A stretch of DNA of 46,056 bases from contig DCGS01000043.1 in the NCBI GenBank assembly GCA_002314645.1, forward strand, positions 1 to 46,056. The letters are read 5' to 3'. The position numbers and the translations under genes were made by a program. The notes beneath the pieces were generated by a model, which saw nothing but the letters and a program-made list of their open reading frames with translations, searched no databases and had not been told where the DNA came from. Position 1 is the stretch's first letter. Each line of letters opens with the position of its first letter. This stretch comes from Ruminococcaceae bacterium UBA1772. Its GTDB lineage: Bacteria > Bacillota > Clostridia > Oscillospirales > Acutalibacteraceae. Of this stretch, positions 29,495 to 39,300 are shown one piece after another.

Positions 29495-30430
29495 TTATTT
29501 AATTCGTTCTATAGAACGAAGCTTTGCACTTCTTGACCTTGCATTTTTTGAAAGCTCCTCTTCTGAAGCCTCTTTATATTTAAACGCAAGCTTTCCTCTT
29601 GGAGTGTTGCCGCAAACACAAACTGGAAATTCAGGAGGACAAGTACATCCTTCACAGAATTTTGCATACGCCTGTTTTACAGCTCTGTCTTCCAAAGAAT
29701 GGAATGTAATTATAGAGAGCATTCCGTTTAGTTCAAGTGAGTCAAACATGTCATTCACTGAATCTGTCAATTTTTCAAGTTCCCCATTAACTTCTATACG
29801 AAGTGCTTGAAAGGTTCGCCTTGCTGGATGCCCGTTCCTACGTGCTTTAGCAGGCATTGACGCCCCTATAATATCAACCAATTGTAACGTGGTTTCAATT
29901 GGTGTAAAGTCCCTTGCCTTTACAATGTTCTTGGCAATACTAGCTGCGTACTTTTCTTCGCCATAGTCGCGGATTATACGCCTGAGTTCTTCTTCAGGCA
30001 AAGTGTTGCACAAATCCGCTGCTGTTGGGCCTTCTTGGCTCATACGCATGTCCAGCGGAGCGTCGTTGTGAAACGAAAAACCGCGCTCAGCCGTGTCCAA
30101 CTGATGTGAACTTACGCCAAGGTCGGCAAGTATGCCTGAAACCCCGGCAATGCCGAGGCTCGAAAGAATTGATTTTATATTGCAATAATTGTCATGGACA
30201 ATTGTTACTCTCTTGTCACTGCCAATACGAGCCTCGAGCGTCTTTATGGCGTCGGGATCCCTATCAACGGCAATAAGGCGACCGTTTTCACCGAGCGCCT
30301 TAAGTATTTCGCTTGAATGGCCTCCGCCACCAGCGGTAGCGTCCAAATAAATTCCATCAGGTTTAATTCGGAGGGAATTTATTGTTTCTTCAAGCAGCAC
30401 TGGAATGTGTTCAAAGTTTATTTCATCCAT
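29495..30430 (-). CDS. rsmH: 16S rRNA (cytosine1402-N4)-methyltransferase
   Basis: HIPVLLEE...DATAGGGGHS...DLGVSSHQLD...FHSLEDR. Confidence 0.95.
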   Translation of the reverse strand: MDEINFEHIPVLLEETINSLRIKPDGIYLDATAGGGGHSSEILKALGENGRLIAVDRDPDAIKTLEARIGSDKRVTIVHDNYCNIKSILSSLGIAGVSGILADLGVSSHQLDTAERGFSFHNDAPLDMRMSQEGPTAADLCNTLPEEELRRIIRDYGEEKYAASIAKNIVKARDFTPIETTLQLVDIIGASMPAKARRNGHPARRTFQALRIEVNGELEKLTDSVNDMFDSLELNGMLSIITFHSLEDRAVKQAYAKFCEGCTCPPEFPVCVCGNTPRGKLAFKYKEASEEELSKNARSRSAKLRSIERIK

Positions 30431-30849
30431 TAGAAGATAACCTCTATATCAAGTTCATCTGCACCGCGAACGTTGTAGCAATCATCCTCGTACTCTTCTG
30501 TATCCCAAATTTCAAATTTGTTACCAGAGCCTAAGATTACTACATCCTTTGAAAGACCAGCATATTCTATTAATTCGGCTTTCACTGTAAAGCGTCCTTG
30601 CTTATCCAGTTCAGCCATATCAGCATTTTTAAAGAAGTCTCTCTTATATCTTCTGTATTGTTCAGAACCTGGGAGAGACTTAACCTGTTCAGCTACCTTT
30701 TCCCATTCAGCTTGTGAATAGATATAAAGGCACTTATCTGGTGCTTTACAAATAACGAAACCACCCTCAAGGAAATCTCTGTACTTTGCAGGGATAAATA
30801 GTCTGTTTTTCGCGTCAAGACTATGATTGTATGTTCCAAGGAAATCCAA
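30430..30849 (-). CDS. mraZ: Transcriptional regulator MraZ
   Basis: Two SpoVT/AbrB-like halves (LDAKNRLFIPAKYR; LDKQGRFTVKAEL). TTG start 6 nt after GGAGTGA. Confidence 0.9.
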   Translation of the reverse strand: MDFLGTYNHSLDAKNRLFIPAKYRDFLEGGFVICKAPDKCLYIYSQAEWEKVAEQVKSLPGSEQYRRYKRDFFKNADMAELDKQGRFTVKAELIEYAGLSKDVVILGSGNKFEIWDTEEYEDDCYNVRGADELDIEVIF

Positions 30850-31194
30850 ACTATTTCACTCCATTCTGCACCATTTTGCATAAATTTTGAGGGAATTTGC
30901 CCCACTTACAGTTACAGTATATGTTATTCAACCCTTAATTGCAAGGCTTTTTTGTGAAATTGTTAAATTTTTTATCAATCTTTTTTTGACAGTCTGACGA
31001 CCCCTTTATACAAATAGGTATAAAGAGGTCTATTTTTCGTCAATTTTTTGTTCAGTTTTGACTTTGTTAAATAATTGTCAATTGTAGTAATAATTTTTAT
31101 GTTGAATTTAGTATATTCATTTGTTAAAATGTTTTAGTCTTATCAAGGTTTATAAGACCTTTATTAAAAACAAAATAATTTGGGAGGATCTAAA

Positions 31195-33219
31195 ATGGAA
31201 AAGTTTCTTTTTCTTGTTCCAGTTGCAGGCGTAATTGCTCTTTGCTTTGCACTTATCCTTGCACTCAGAGTTAACAAGGCTCCTGAGGGAACAGACAGAA
31301 TGAAGGAAATTGCTGGAAACATCCATGAGGGTGCACTCGCTTTCTTAACAGCTGAGTACAAAATCCTTGTAGTTTTCGTAGCAGTTCTCTTCCTCGTAAT
31401 CGGATTTGGTCTTAAGAGCTGGGTAATGGCTGCATGCTTCATTGCAGGTGCTGTATTCTCAGTTCTTGCAGGTTTCTTCGGTATGACAGTTGCTACAAAG
31501 GCAAACGTTCGTACTGCAAACGCTGCTAAAGAGAGCGGAATGAACAAAGCTCTCTCAATTGCATTCTCAGGCGGTGCCGTAATGGGAATGTCAGTTGTAG
31601 GTCTCGGCCTTCTTGGTGTTGGCGGAATCTACATGCTCACAAAGGACACAACCGTACTCTTCGGTTTCTCACTTGGTGCTTCTTCAATTGCACTCTTCGC
31701 TCGTGTTGGTGGTGGTATTTATACTAAGGCTGCTGACGTAGGCGCTGACCTTGTTGGTAAGGTTGAGAACAATATCCCAGAGGATGACCCAAGAAACCCT
31801 GCAGTTATTGCTGATAACGTTGGTGACAACGTAGGTGACGTTGCTGGTATGGGTGCTGACCTTTACGAATCATATGTTGGTTCTGTAGTTTCAGCAGTTA
31901 CACTTGGTGCTCTTCTTACAGCAGATTCAACAATCGTTGAAAAGATCCCAGGTTCTGGCGTTCTTTTCCCACTCTTCCTTGCAGCTCTCGGAATTGTAGC
32001 TTCAATCATTTCTACATTCTTCGTACGTGGTAAGGATGGTTCAAACCCTCATACAGCACTTAAGATTGCTCAGTGGGTATCATCAATTCTCGTAGTTATT
32101 GCAGCATTTGTTCTTTGCAACTACTGCTTCGTAGGCTTCGGTGCATTCATCGCAATCATCGCTGGTCTTATTGTTGGTCTTCTTATTGGTACAGTTACAG
32201 AAATGTACACATCTGACTCTTACAAGTCAGTTAAGAAGATTGCTGAACAGTCACAGACAGGTCCAGCTACAACAATCATCTCTGGTCTTTCAGTTGGTAT
32301 GCTTTCAACAGCTATTCCAATTCTTCTTATTGCAATCGGCATTTTCCTTGCTTACCACTTTGCAGGTCTCTACGGTATTGCTCTTGCAGCTGTAGGTATG
32401 CTTTCAACAACAGGTGTTACAGTTGCAGTTGACGCTTACGGCCCAATTGCTGATAACGCTGGTGGTATTGCTGAAATGTCAGGTCTTGAGGAATCAGTTC
32501 GTGAAATCACAGATAAGCTCGACTCAGTTGGTAACACAACAGCTGCTGTTGGTAAGGGATTCGCAATTGGTTCAGCTGCTCTTACAGCTCTTGCTCTCTT
32601 CTCAACATACACAGAGACAATCTCTAAGACAACTGGTGAAGTAATGTCAATCGACGTTACAAACGCAATGGTTGTTATTGGTCTTCTTATTGGTGGTATG
32701 CTTCCTTTCCTCTTCTCTGCATTCACAATGGATTCAGTTGGTAAGGCAGCTAATAAGATGATTGAAGAAGTTCGTCGTCAGTTCCACGAAATTCCTGGTA
32801 TCCTTGAAGGTACAGCAAAGCCTGACTACAAGACATGCGTTGCTATCTCAACACAGGCTGCTCTTAAGGAAATGATCGTTCCTGGCGTAATTGCTGTTCT
32901 TGCACCACTTGCTGTTGGTTTCCTTCTTGGACCAGAAGCTCTTGGTGGTCTTCTTGCTGGTTCTCTTGTATCTGGTGTTCTCATGGCTATCTTCATGTCA
33001 AACGCTGGTGGTGCTTGGGATAACGCTAAGAAGTACATTGAAAGCGGCGTATACGGCGGTAAGGGTTCAGACGCTCACCACGCAGCAGTTGTTGGTGACA
33101 CAGTTGGTGACCCATTCAAAGATACTTCAGGCCCATCAATCAACATTCTCATTAAGCTCATGACTGTTATTTCAACAGTATTCGCAGCTGCAATTGCTAG
33201 TGTTGGTGGACTTATCTAA
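31195..33219 (+). CDS. hppA: Membrane-integral (K+-dependent type) cation-translocating pyrophosphatase
   Basis: [31 protein letters not shown] (Ala rather than Lys at the K+-dependence position) and [17 protein letters not shown] 31195 follows GGAGGA. Confidence 0.95.
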   Translation: MEKFLFLVPVAGVIALCFALILALRVNKAPEGTDRMKEIAGNIHEGALAFLTAEYKILVVFVAVLFLVIGFGLKSWVMAACFIAGAVFSVLAGFFGMTVATKANVRTANAAKESGMNKALSIAFSGGAVMGMSVVGLGLLGVGGIYMLTKDTTVLFGFSLGASSIALFARVGGGIYTKAADVGADLVGKVENNIPEDDPRNPAVIADNVGDNVGDVAGMGADLYESYVGSVVSAVTLGALLTADSTIVEKIPGSGVLFPLFLAALGIVASIISTFFVRGKDGSNPHTALKIAQWVSSILVVIAAFVLCNYCFVGFGAFIAIIAGLIVGLLIGTVTEMYTSDSYKSVKKIAEQSQTGPATTIISGLSVGMLSTAIPILLIAIGIFLAYHFAGLYGIALAAVGMLSTTGVTVAVDAYGPIADNAGGIAEMSGLEESVREITDKLDSVGNTTAAVGKGFAIGSAALTALALFSTYTETISKTTGEVMSIDVTNAMVVIGLLIGGMLPFLFSAFTMDSVGKAANKMIEEVRRQFHEIPGILEGTAKPDYKTCVAISTQAALKEMIVPGVIAVLAPLAVGFLLGPEALGGLLAGSLVSGVLMAIFMSNAGGAWDNAKKYIESGVYGGKGSDAHHAAVVGDTVGDPFKDTSGPSINILIKLMTVISTVFAAAIASVGGLI

Positions 33220-33240
33220 CAAGTAAATTAAGCACAATAA

Positions 33241-33279
33241 AAGACACTCAATTCATTCGAATTGAGTGTCTTATTTTTT
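33241..33279. terminator. Bidirectional terminator between hppA and the convergent EAL gene
   Basis: 14-bp perfect stem AAGACACTCAATTC/GAATTGAGTGTCTT with a 4-nt loop and a T-rich tail. Confidence 0.85.
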
Positions 33280-33287
33280 ATATTCTA

Positions 33288-36095
33288 TTATTTAGATGTG
33301 TCCTGAACAAAGAATGTAGCATATGGCTTTTCGTCCTTCACAGAGCACATAGAAACAATTGTCATTGTACCGTACTGTTCCTTGTCCTTTGTGCGACATC
33401 TGAGCTTAATTGAGCCACCCTTTTCATTGTTAGCAATTTTTTCCTTTATAGTATCTATAGAGAGGAATTTCATAGCTTTTTCCTTATCCTCTTCATGTAC
33501 TATATTGTCTATAAACTTGTCAACTGCACTTTCATAGCTCTGATTGTCAGGTATGTTTAAGAAAGGTGGCTTGGTCTGATATACGCTGTATTTATTTTCG
33601 TCTGCATCAACATAGAAAATAATGTCACAAAAATTAACTACTGTATCATTAATTGCAGATTCAAGAGCCTTATGAGCCTCTTCAAACTGCTTGCTTTCGT
33701 CTTCAGCATGTCCAATAAATACGTATCTTGTTTCTTCCTTGCCATTTCTTTCAAACTTCATCTTAGAAATAATGACTTTAAGATTCATAATCTTTCCACC
33801 AATATTTACTTTAAAGGTAGAAAGAAGCTGTTCTTTACCACTTTCAAATGCCTTTTCAACACTCTCTGTGTTACAGAAATTTATGAATCTTTCTGTATCT
33901 TCTTTAAGTAGAAGTTTTGGTGCATATATTTCAAGTACCCAAGCAATGTCACCAGAGTCTGGCTGATTACCAACCTTTGCATTGTCACAATAGAGCTTTT
34001 TAAATGTTCCTGCACTTGGGTCAAACTCATAAATAAATGTACATACATTCATAAGAGCAGATCTTACAGACTCAGAAATAAGTACCTTTCTTTCTGCCGT
34101 CTTGTCTGTCTTTTGGTTAATAGCTTCTGAATACACATATGCTCTAAAGTCGTTTGAATTAGGATCTGGATTAATTCTAACAATACTAATCTTAGACCAT
34201 TCATATGTATTTGTTTCCTTGCTAAGGATTCGCATTTCAGTAACAATTGTTGTTTCGTTCTGATAGAAGGTTGACATAACAGATATTGGCAAACATCTAT
34301 TCTTAACAACTGCCACATCATCTGGATGAACATACTTGTCTATTATTTTTGCAAATATGCTACTATAGTTGCCACCTTCAAGTTGAACATGCTTCATATT
34401 TTCTGCAATTTTACTTACATTAACATTTACAACCTTAAAAGTATCAGCATTAAAATCTACTTCAAGAAGCATTCCTGGAAGGAGACTCATAATTGATTTC
34501 AATTTCTCAGCTGCAGCAGTTCCGTCATCATCAACAACAATATTTCTGCCAGCCTGGAACTCTGCAGGCATTTCCTTACGTCTGTTACCCTCAAGAAGCA
34601 TAGTGAATCTTGAATGAGGAATTGGTTCTGAGTAAACATAACCTTGAATTATGTCACAACCAATTTCCTTAAGGAAGTTAACCTGCGCCCAATTTTCAAT
34701 ACCTTCAGCAACTGTTTTCATGTTGAGGGCTCTTGACATTGTTACTACGCTGGAAATAAGAGCTTTATCTCTTTCCAAATTGTCACTATCTTTAAAGAAC
34801 AATCTGTCAAGCTTCAATGTGTCCATTGGAAGGTTCTTAAGAATATTGAGCGATGAATATCCTGAACCAAAGTCGTCTATTGAACAAGAGAAACCAACCT
34901 TCTTAAGGCTCATTACTATTTTTCTCAATATTTCAAGGTTCTCAAATACAATGCTTTCAGTAAATTCAAGCTCTAAAAGTCCATCTGGAATATCATATTT
35001 TTCTTTAATTTTTGTATAACGCTTTACGAAGTCAAGTCTGTAGAACTGAAGTCTTGAAACGTTGATGGATACAGGAACAACCTTTATGCCAGCATCCAGC
35101 CACTCTCTCATATTCTTACATACAGTTTCAAATACATACTGGTCAAGGTTAATAATGAAACCGTTCTGTTCAAAGAGTGGAATAAATTTTGCTGGAGACA
35201 TGAATCCAGTCTCTGGGCTATCCCAACGAACAAGCGCCTCAGCACCAACTATTTCACCAGTAGAAACTTCATATTTTGGCTGGAAGTATGCTTTAAACTC
35301 TTCGTTTGCAAGCGCACTTTCCATTCTTCTTTCAAGTTCTTTTTCTGCAATTACACGTTCTCTAATTTCCTCTGTGTAATATGCAATGTGGTACTCAGAG
35401 CTTCCCTTAATAGACTTTTGAGCCATGTTTGCTCTGTCTATCATTTCACTTATTGTAAGGTCTGCATCTGCTTCACCACTGCAGAAAATACCAACATAGA
35501 TTTCTGGCTTATAGTGAGCCTTCTGAATATCTTCAAACCAACAAACGTCATCTATTATGGAGTAAATATATTCAACAAATTCATTCTTGTCTTCGTAAGG
35601 GATAATGGCGGTGTAGTTATCAGCAGAAATACGAGCAAAATATCCGCTGTTTCCTACAGTTTCCTTAATACGTGCCGAAATATACATGAGTAAATTGTCG
35701 CCTACATCATAACCGAACGTGTCATTAATATATTTAAAATTCATAATATCTGAATAAAATACAGCATACTTCTTAGACTTATCCTCAAGCATAAGGTCTG
35801 CTTCTTTTAAGAATCTTTCATAGTTGATTCCGTTGGTAAGTCGGTCGGTGTCTGCATATTTATCCATACGTGTTTCATATTTGTAAAGTGCCAAATATGT
35901 ACTAATTATTGCAAACAGCAAATACGTAAATGCAAGAACTGCAAAGTTCGTATACAAATACAAAGCGGTTGTTGCCAGTTGTAAGTTTATAAGCGCTAGG
36001 ACTACTGCAACAGACGTAATTATACTGTATATGATGACTAGCAGAGCCAGCATTTTCATTTTTACTCGTCTTATTTCTGTGGTTTTGTTACTCAA
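33288..36095 (-). CDS. Membrane-anchored degenerate-GGDEF / EAL c-di-GMP phosphodiesterase with about 440 aa of C-terminal PAS-like repeats
   Basis: Two N-terminal TM segments. GGDEF-fold with SADNY in place of GGDEF (35613..35627). EAL signature residues are intact (EALVRW, ELEFTES, DDFGSGYSSL, KLDR, AEGIE, QGY). Start reassigned to TTG 36095, 6 nt after GGAGGG, because a consensus promoter lies inside the longer track ORF. Confidence 0.85.
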   Translation of the reverse strand: MSNKTTEIRRVKMKMLALLVIIYSIITSVAVVLALINLQLATTALYLYTNFAVLAFTYLLFAIISTYLALYKYETRMDKYADTDRLTNGINYERFLKEADLMLEDKSKKYAVFYSDIMNFKYINDTFGYDVGDNLLMYISARIKETVGNSGYFARISADNYTAIIPYEDKNEFVEYIYSIIDDVCWFEDIQKAHYKPEIYVGIFCSGEADADLTISEMIDRANMAQKSIKGSSEYHIAYYTEEIRERVIAEKELERRMESALANEEFKAYFQPKYEVSTGEIVGAEALVRWDSPETGFMSPAKFIPLFEQNGFIINLDQYVFETVCKNMREWLDAGIKVVPVSINVSRLQFYRLDFVKRYTKIKEKYDIPDGLLELEFTESIVFENLEILRKIVMSLKKVGFSCSIDDFGSGYSSLNILKNLPMDTLKLDRLFFKDSDNLERDKALISSVVTMSRALNMKTVAEGIENWAQVNFLKEIGCDIIQGYVYSEPIPHSRFTMLLEGNRRKEMPAEFQAGRNIVVDDDGTAAAEKLKSIMSLLPGMLLEVDFNADTFKVVNVNVSKIAENMKHVQLEGGNYSSIFAKIIDKYVHPDDVAVVKNRCLPISVMSTFYQNETTIVTEMRILSKETNTYEWSKISIVRINPDPNSNDFRAYVYSEAINQKTDKTAERKVLISESVRSALMNVCTFIYEFDPSAGTFKKLYCDNAKVGNQPDSGDIAWVLEIYAPKLLLKEDTERFINFCNTESVEKAFESGKEQLLSTFKVNIGGKIMNLKVIISKMKFERNGKEETRYVFIGHAEDESKQFEEAHKALESAINDTVVNFCDIIFYVDADENKYSVYQTKPPFLNIPDNQSYESAVDKFIDNIVHEEDKEKAMKFLSIDTIKEKIANNEKGGSIKLRCRTKDKEQYGTMTIVSMCSVKDEKPYATFFVQDTSK

Positions 36096-36177
36096 GTTTA
36101 TCCCTCCGGAAACGGTATGCGATTTGTTCAAAAAATTCAAAAAACTACGCACTTTTTTATACAAATTTACAGAATAA

Positions 36178-36206
36178 ATTCTAACACCATAACAGCCTTT
36201 TGTCAA
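36178..36206 (-). promoter_or_regulatory. Strong sigma-A-type promoter for the minus-strand EAL gene
   Basis: Minus strand reads TTGACA, 17-nt spacer, TGtTAGAAT (extended -10). Confidence 0.7.
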
Positions 36207-36288
36207 CGAGACTAATCAAAGTATTTATATATTTTTAACAAATATTTTCTCATTATATTAAATAACACTATACATTCGATTAATATCT

Positions 36289-36297
36289 TGTTATAAT
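36289..36297 (+). promoter_or_regulatory. Extended -10 promoter element for the plus-strand EAL gene
   Basis: TGtTATAAT lies 39 nt upstream of the ATG. The -35 is weak (TATACA-like). Confidence 0.55.
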
Positions 36298-36335
36298 TTG
36301 TATGTATATCTCTATTATTGGGAGGTTAAGCCCCT

Positions 36336-39300
36336 ATGCATACGGATCAAAAACGAATTAATAAAAGCATAATTATATTTGGTGGCGTTGCAACTGTCTT
36401 TGTAATTGTATTCTTAACAGTTCTAACTTTTACCTATGGTAAGACTCAGCAAATTGCAGAAGACTCTCTTCTTCAGTCCACAGCAGACACTGTAGCAACT
36501 ATGGAAATGGAAGTTGAAACTGACACGAGACAAACAGAAGCAATTGCTGAAATTTTTTCGTATGAGCTCCAGAACTATACACCTGAAAAGTACGGTTCTC
36601 TTGTAGCTTATACGCTTAAAAAGTCAGTTTCACCAACCTGTACTTCTATAATATTAATTGCAAATGGTCACTACTATTACAGTAATGGCGAAAGTGGGTT
36701 AGTTACTAACGCCAAAAATACCGAACTAAAAAAGCTGTTGGATACAGAAGTAGATTTCTACAAAGGTAAAGACCGAGTAACTGGAAACACAGTTACAATG
36801 ATGATAAAAGATTTTAAGGATAGTGAAGGACGCAAATGCCAAGTTGTATGTTTATATGACTACACTGATCTTCTTGATAATTCCTATTCAAACAAGTACT
36901 ATGCAGAAGATGGCATAGACATTATTTATCAGTCAAATGGTAACATTCTTTATTCATCTAAAAATGGTGAAGATATATTCAAAGATGACACAAACATTTT
37001 TGAGGTAATAGACAAGTTAAAGGTTAGTAATAACCCGCCTAGAACAAAAACATATAAAGGCATAGTTTCAAAGGTAACAACAGTTGAAATAGATGGAATA
37101 AAGTATGCTGTATCCTATACAAATAGAGATAGTTCAAAATATAACTTTGATATTGCTCGCGTAGTACCTACTAAAGTTTTATTCTCAGCAACTGGTAATC
37201 TTTTAAGCACTATTTTTGTATCATCTGTTTTGCTTTTCTTCATTATTGCTACTCTTGCTTACAGATTCTTTAAAGCAACAAGAAACACAGCGGAGAAAAT
37301 ACAAAATATTGCCTATAAAGATCCTCTTACAGGATATCCAAACTTCGCAAAATTTAAAGAAGACGCTACTGAAATGTTAAACGGCAAGGATGCAGGCGAA
37401 TACTATATTGCATGTGCCGACATTGTTGGATTTAGATATATAAACGATGCATTCGGTTATGACATAGGAGACAAAATCCTCATTGAAATCTCAAAGAACA
37501 TTGATGATCTCCTAGAGGAAGATGAAATATTCTCACGTATTTCTGGTGACAAATTCGTTTTCATTACGAAACGTGACCTAAGTGACACAGAAAACGAAAT
37601 GTTCCTTTACAAGTTAACAGAAAGAGTAAGTACTATAGGTCCTCTTGCTAAGTCTCATATTAGACTTGAATTCCAAATGGGTATTTACAAGATTCAGCCA
37701 GAAGACATTGAAACTCTTTCAATAAACGCAATGTATGACCGTTGCCTTGTTGCACTCTATTCAATTGAACATAGCGACACAGGTATTGCCGTATATGACG
37801 CAGCAATTTACAACGAACAGGTTGAAAAGAAGAACATAGAATCTAAAATGCATAAAGCTCTCCAAAACGGCGAGTTCAGAGTATATGTTCAGCCAAAATA
37901 CAGAACTGCTAACGGAAAGCTTGCTGCTGGTGAAGCTCTCATAAGATGGGTAGACCCAGAGAAGGGCCTCATTCCACCAGTAAAATTCATTCCTCTTTTT
38001 GAACAGAACAGATTTGTTCATGATGTAGACCTTTACGTAATGGAAGTAGTTGCAAGATTCCAAAGAATGCGACTAAACGAAGGTCTTCCAGTAGTTCCAA
38101 TTTCACTTAATATTTCACCTGTTGAAATTACAATGCCAAACTTTAAGGAGTCATATATTTCTATTAAGGAGAAATATGACATTCCAGACAAGTTAATTGA
38201 ACTTGAATTCACTGAAGGTATTTTCTTCGAGGATGAAAAGTACTTCCAAAACTTAATTAGGGACTTCCAAAGCCACGGCTTTACCTGTTCAATAGATGAC
38301 TTTGGTTCAGGATACTCTTCTCTTAACATTCTTAAATCACTCCCTGTTGATACACTTAAGCTTGACAGAATATTCTTCAAAGAAAGTGACAACATTGCAC
38401 GTGACCGTTCAGTTGTTAGAAGCGTAGTTTCCATGGCTAGAGCTCTTAACATTAAGACTGTTGCTGAAGGCGTTGAAACTATGGAAGCCGTTGACTTCCT
38501 TAAACTCATTGGTTGTACTCTCATCCAAGGCTATATTTACTCAAAGCCTCTTCCTCTAACTGAGTTTGAAGAACATCTTAACAGTGAGAATATAGACACA
38601 GACGAGGATATAGATTTAGACTTCGACAAGTTTGAAGCCGTACCACTTGATGTACCTCTTACAAACTCAATAGATAACTCTCTTAGAAGTACATATACTG
38701 CCATTTGTGAAATAAACACAAACGGAAACATTTTCCACATGTACTACCCTGGAGAACCTTCAGGAAAGTTTGAAAGAATTGCTGAGCGTGGATTCTTCTC
38801 ATCATTTATTAATGATGTAATTCCAAAGTATGTTCATCCAAAGGATGTAGATAATGTACTTAACTACATGAATCCAATTAATCTTGTTGAACACTTTAAG
38901 ACAAACAAAGAATTAGATTTTGAGTACAGACACCTTCGCAAGAACGGTTCTTATTCCTGGATGAAAATCCATATTATTAAAGCAAGTGGTGGTAGATCAG
39001 ACAGCCAGGTATTCTTTGCATACTTCAATGTAATTGACAACTACAAAGAAACTGAAGAAAAACTTGAGGCCTTCCAAAATCGTTTTTCAAGTGTTTATTC
39101 TACATTTAATGGTGTCGTATTTGAAATAGACATTGAAACAAAGCTTCTTGAAAAACTTGAAAGCCACACAAGTACACTTGCAATACTCAAAGATGGTACA
39201 AGTTATGATGATGCAAGAAAATTCATCAATGAAAACATTATTCATCCAGATTACAAAGAAATCATTTCTTCTGTAGTAGATATTGAAAACATTAAAGCTT

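Noticed and set aside
30850-30925. Possible MraZ boxes (AGTGGGG ... ATGGTGCAGA ATGGAGTGAA) upstream of mraZ
   Set aside because: The repeats are short and degenerate. I cannot distinguish them from chance or from the RBS (GGAGTGA) without a validated motif model for this clade.
31001-31030. Hairpin CCCCTTTATAC-N-TATAAAGAGG followed by T-rich sequence, in the mraZ/hppA divergent spacer
   Set aside because: The stem has a mismatch, and no gene converges on it from either side, so it is not credible as a terminator. A regulatory role cannot be supported from sequence alone.
31164-31547. 127-aa minus-strand ORF at the 5' end of hppA
   Set aside because: Antisense to a strongly supported pyrophosphatase gene. 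It has no recognisable motifs and no RBS.
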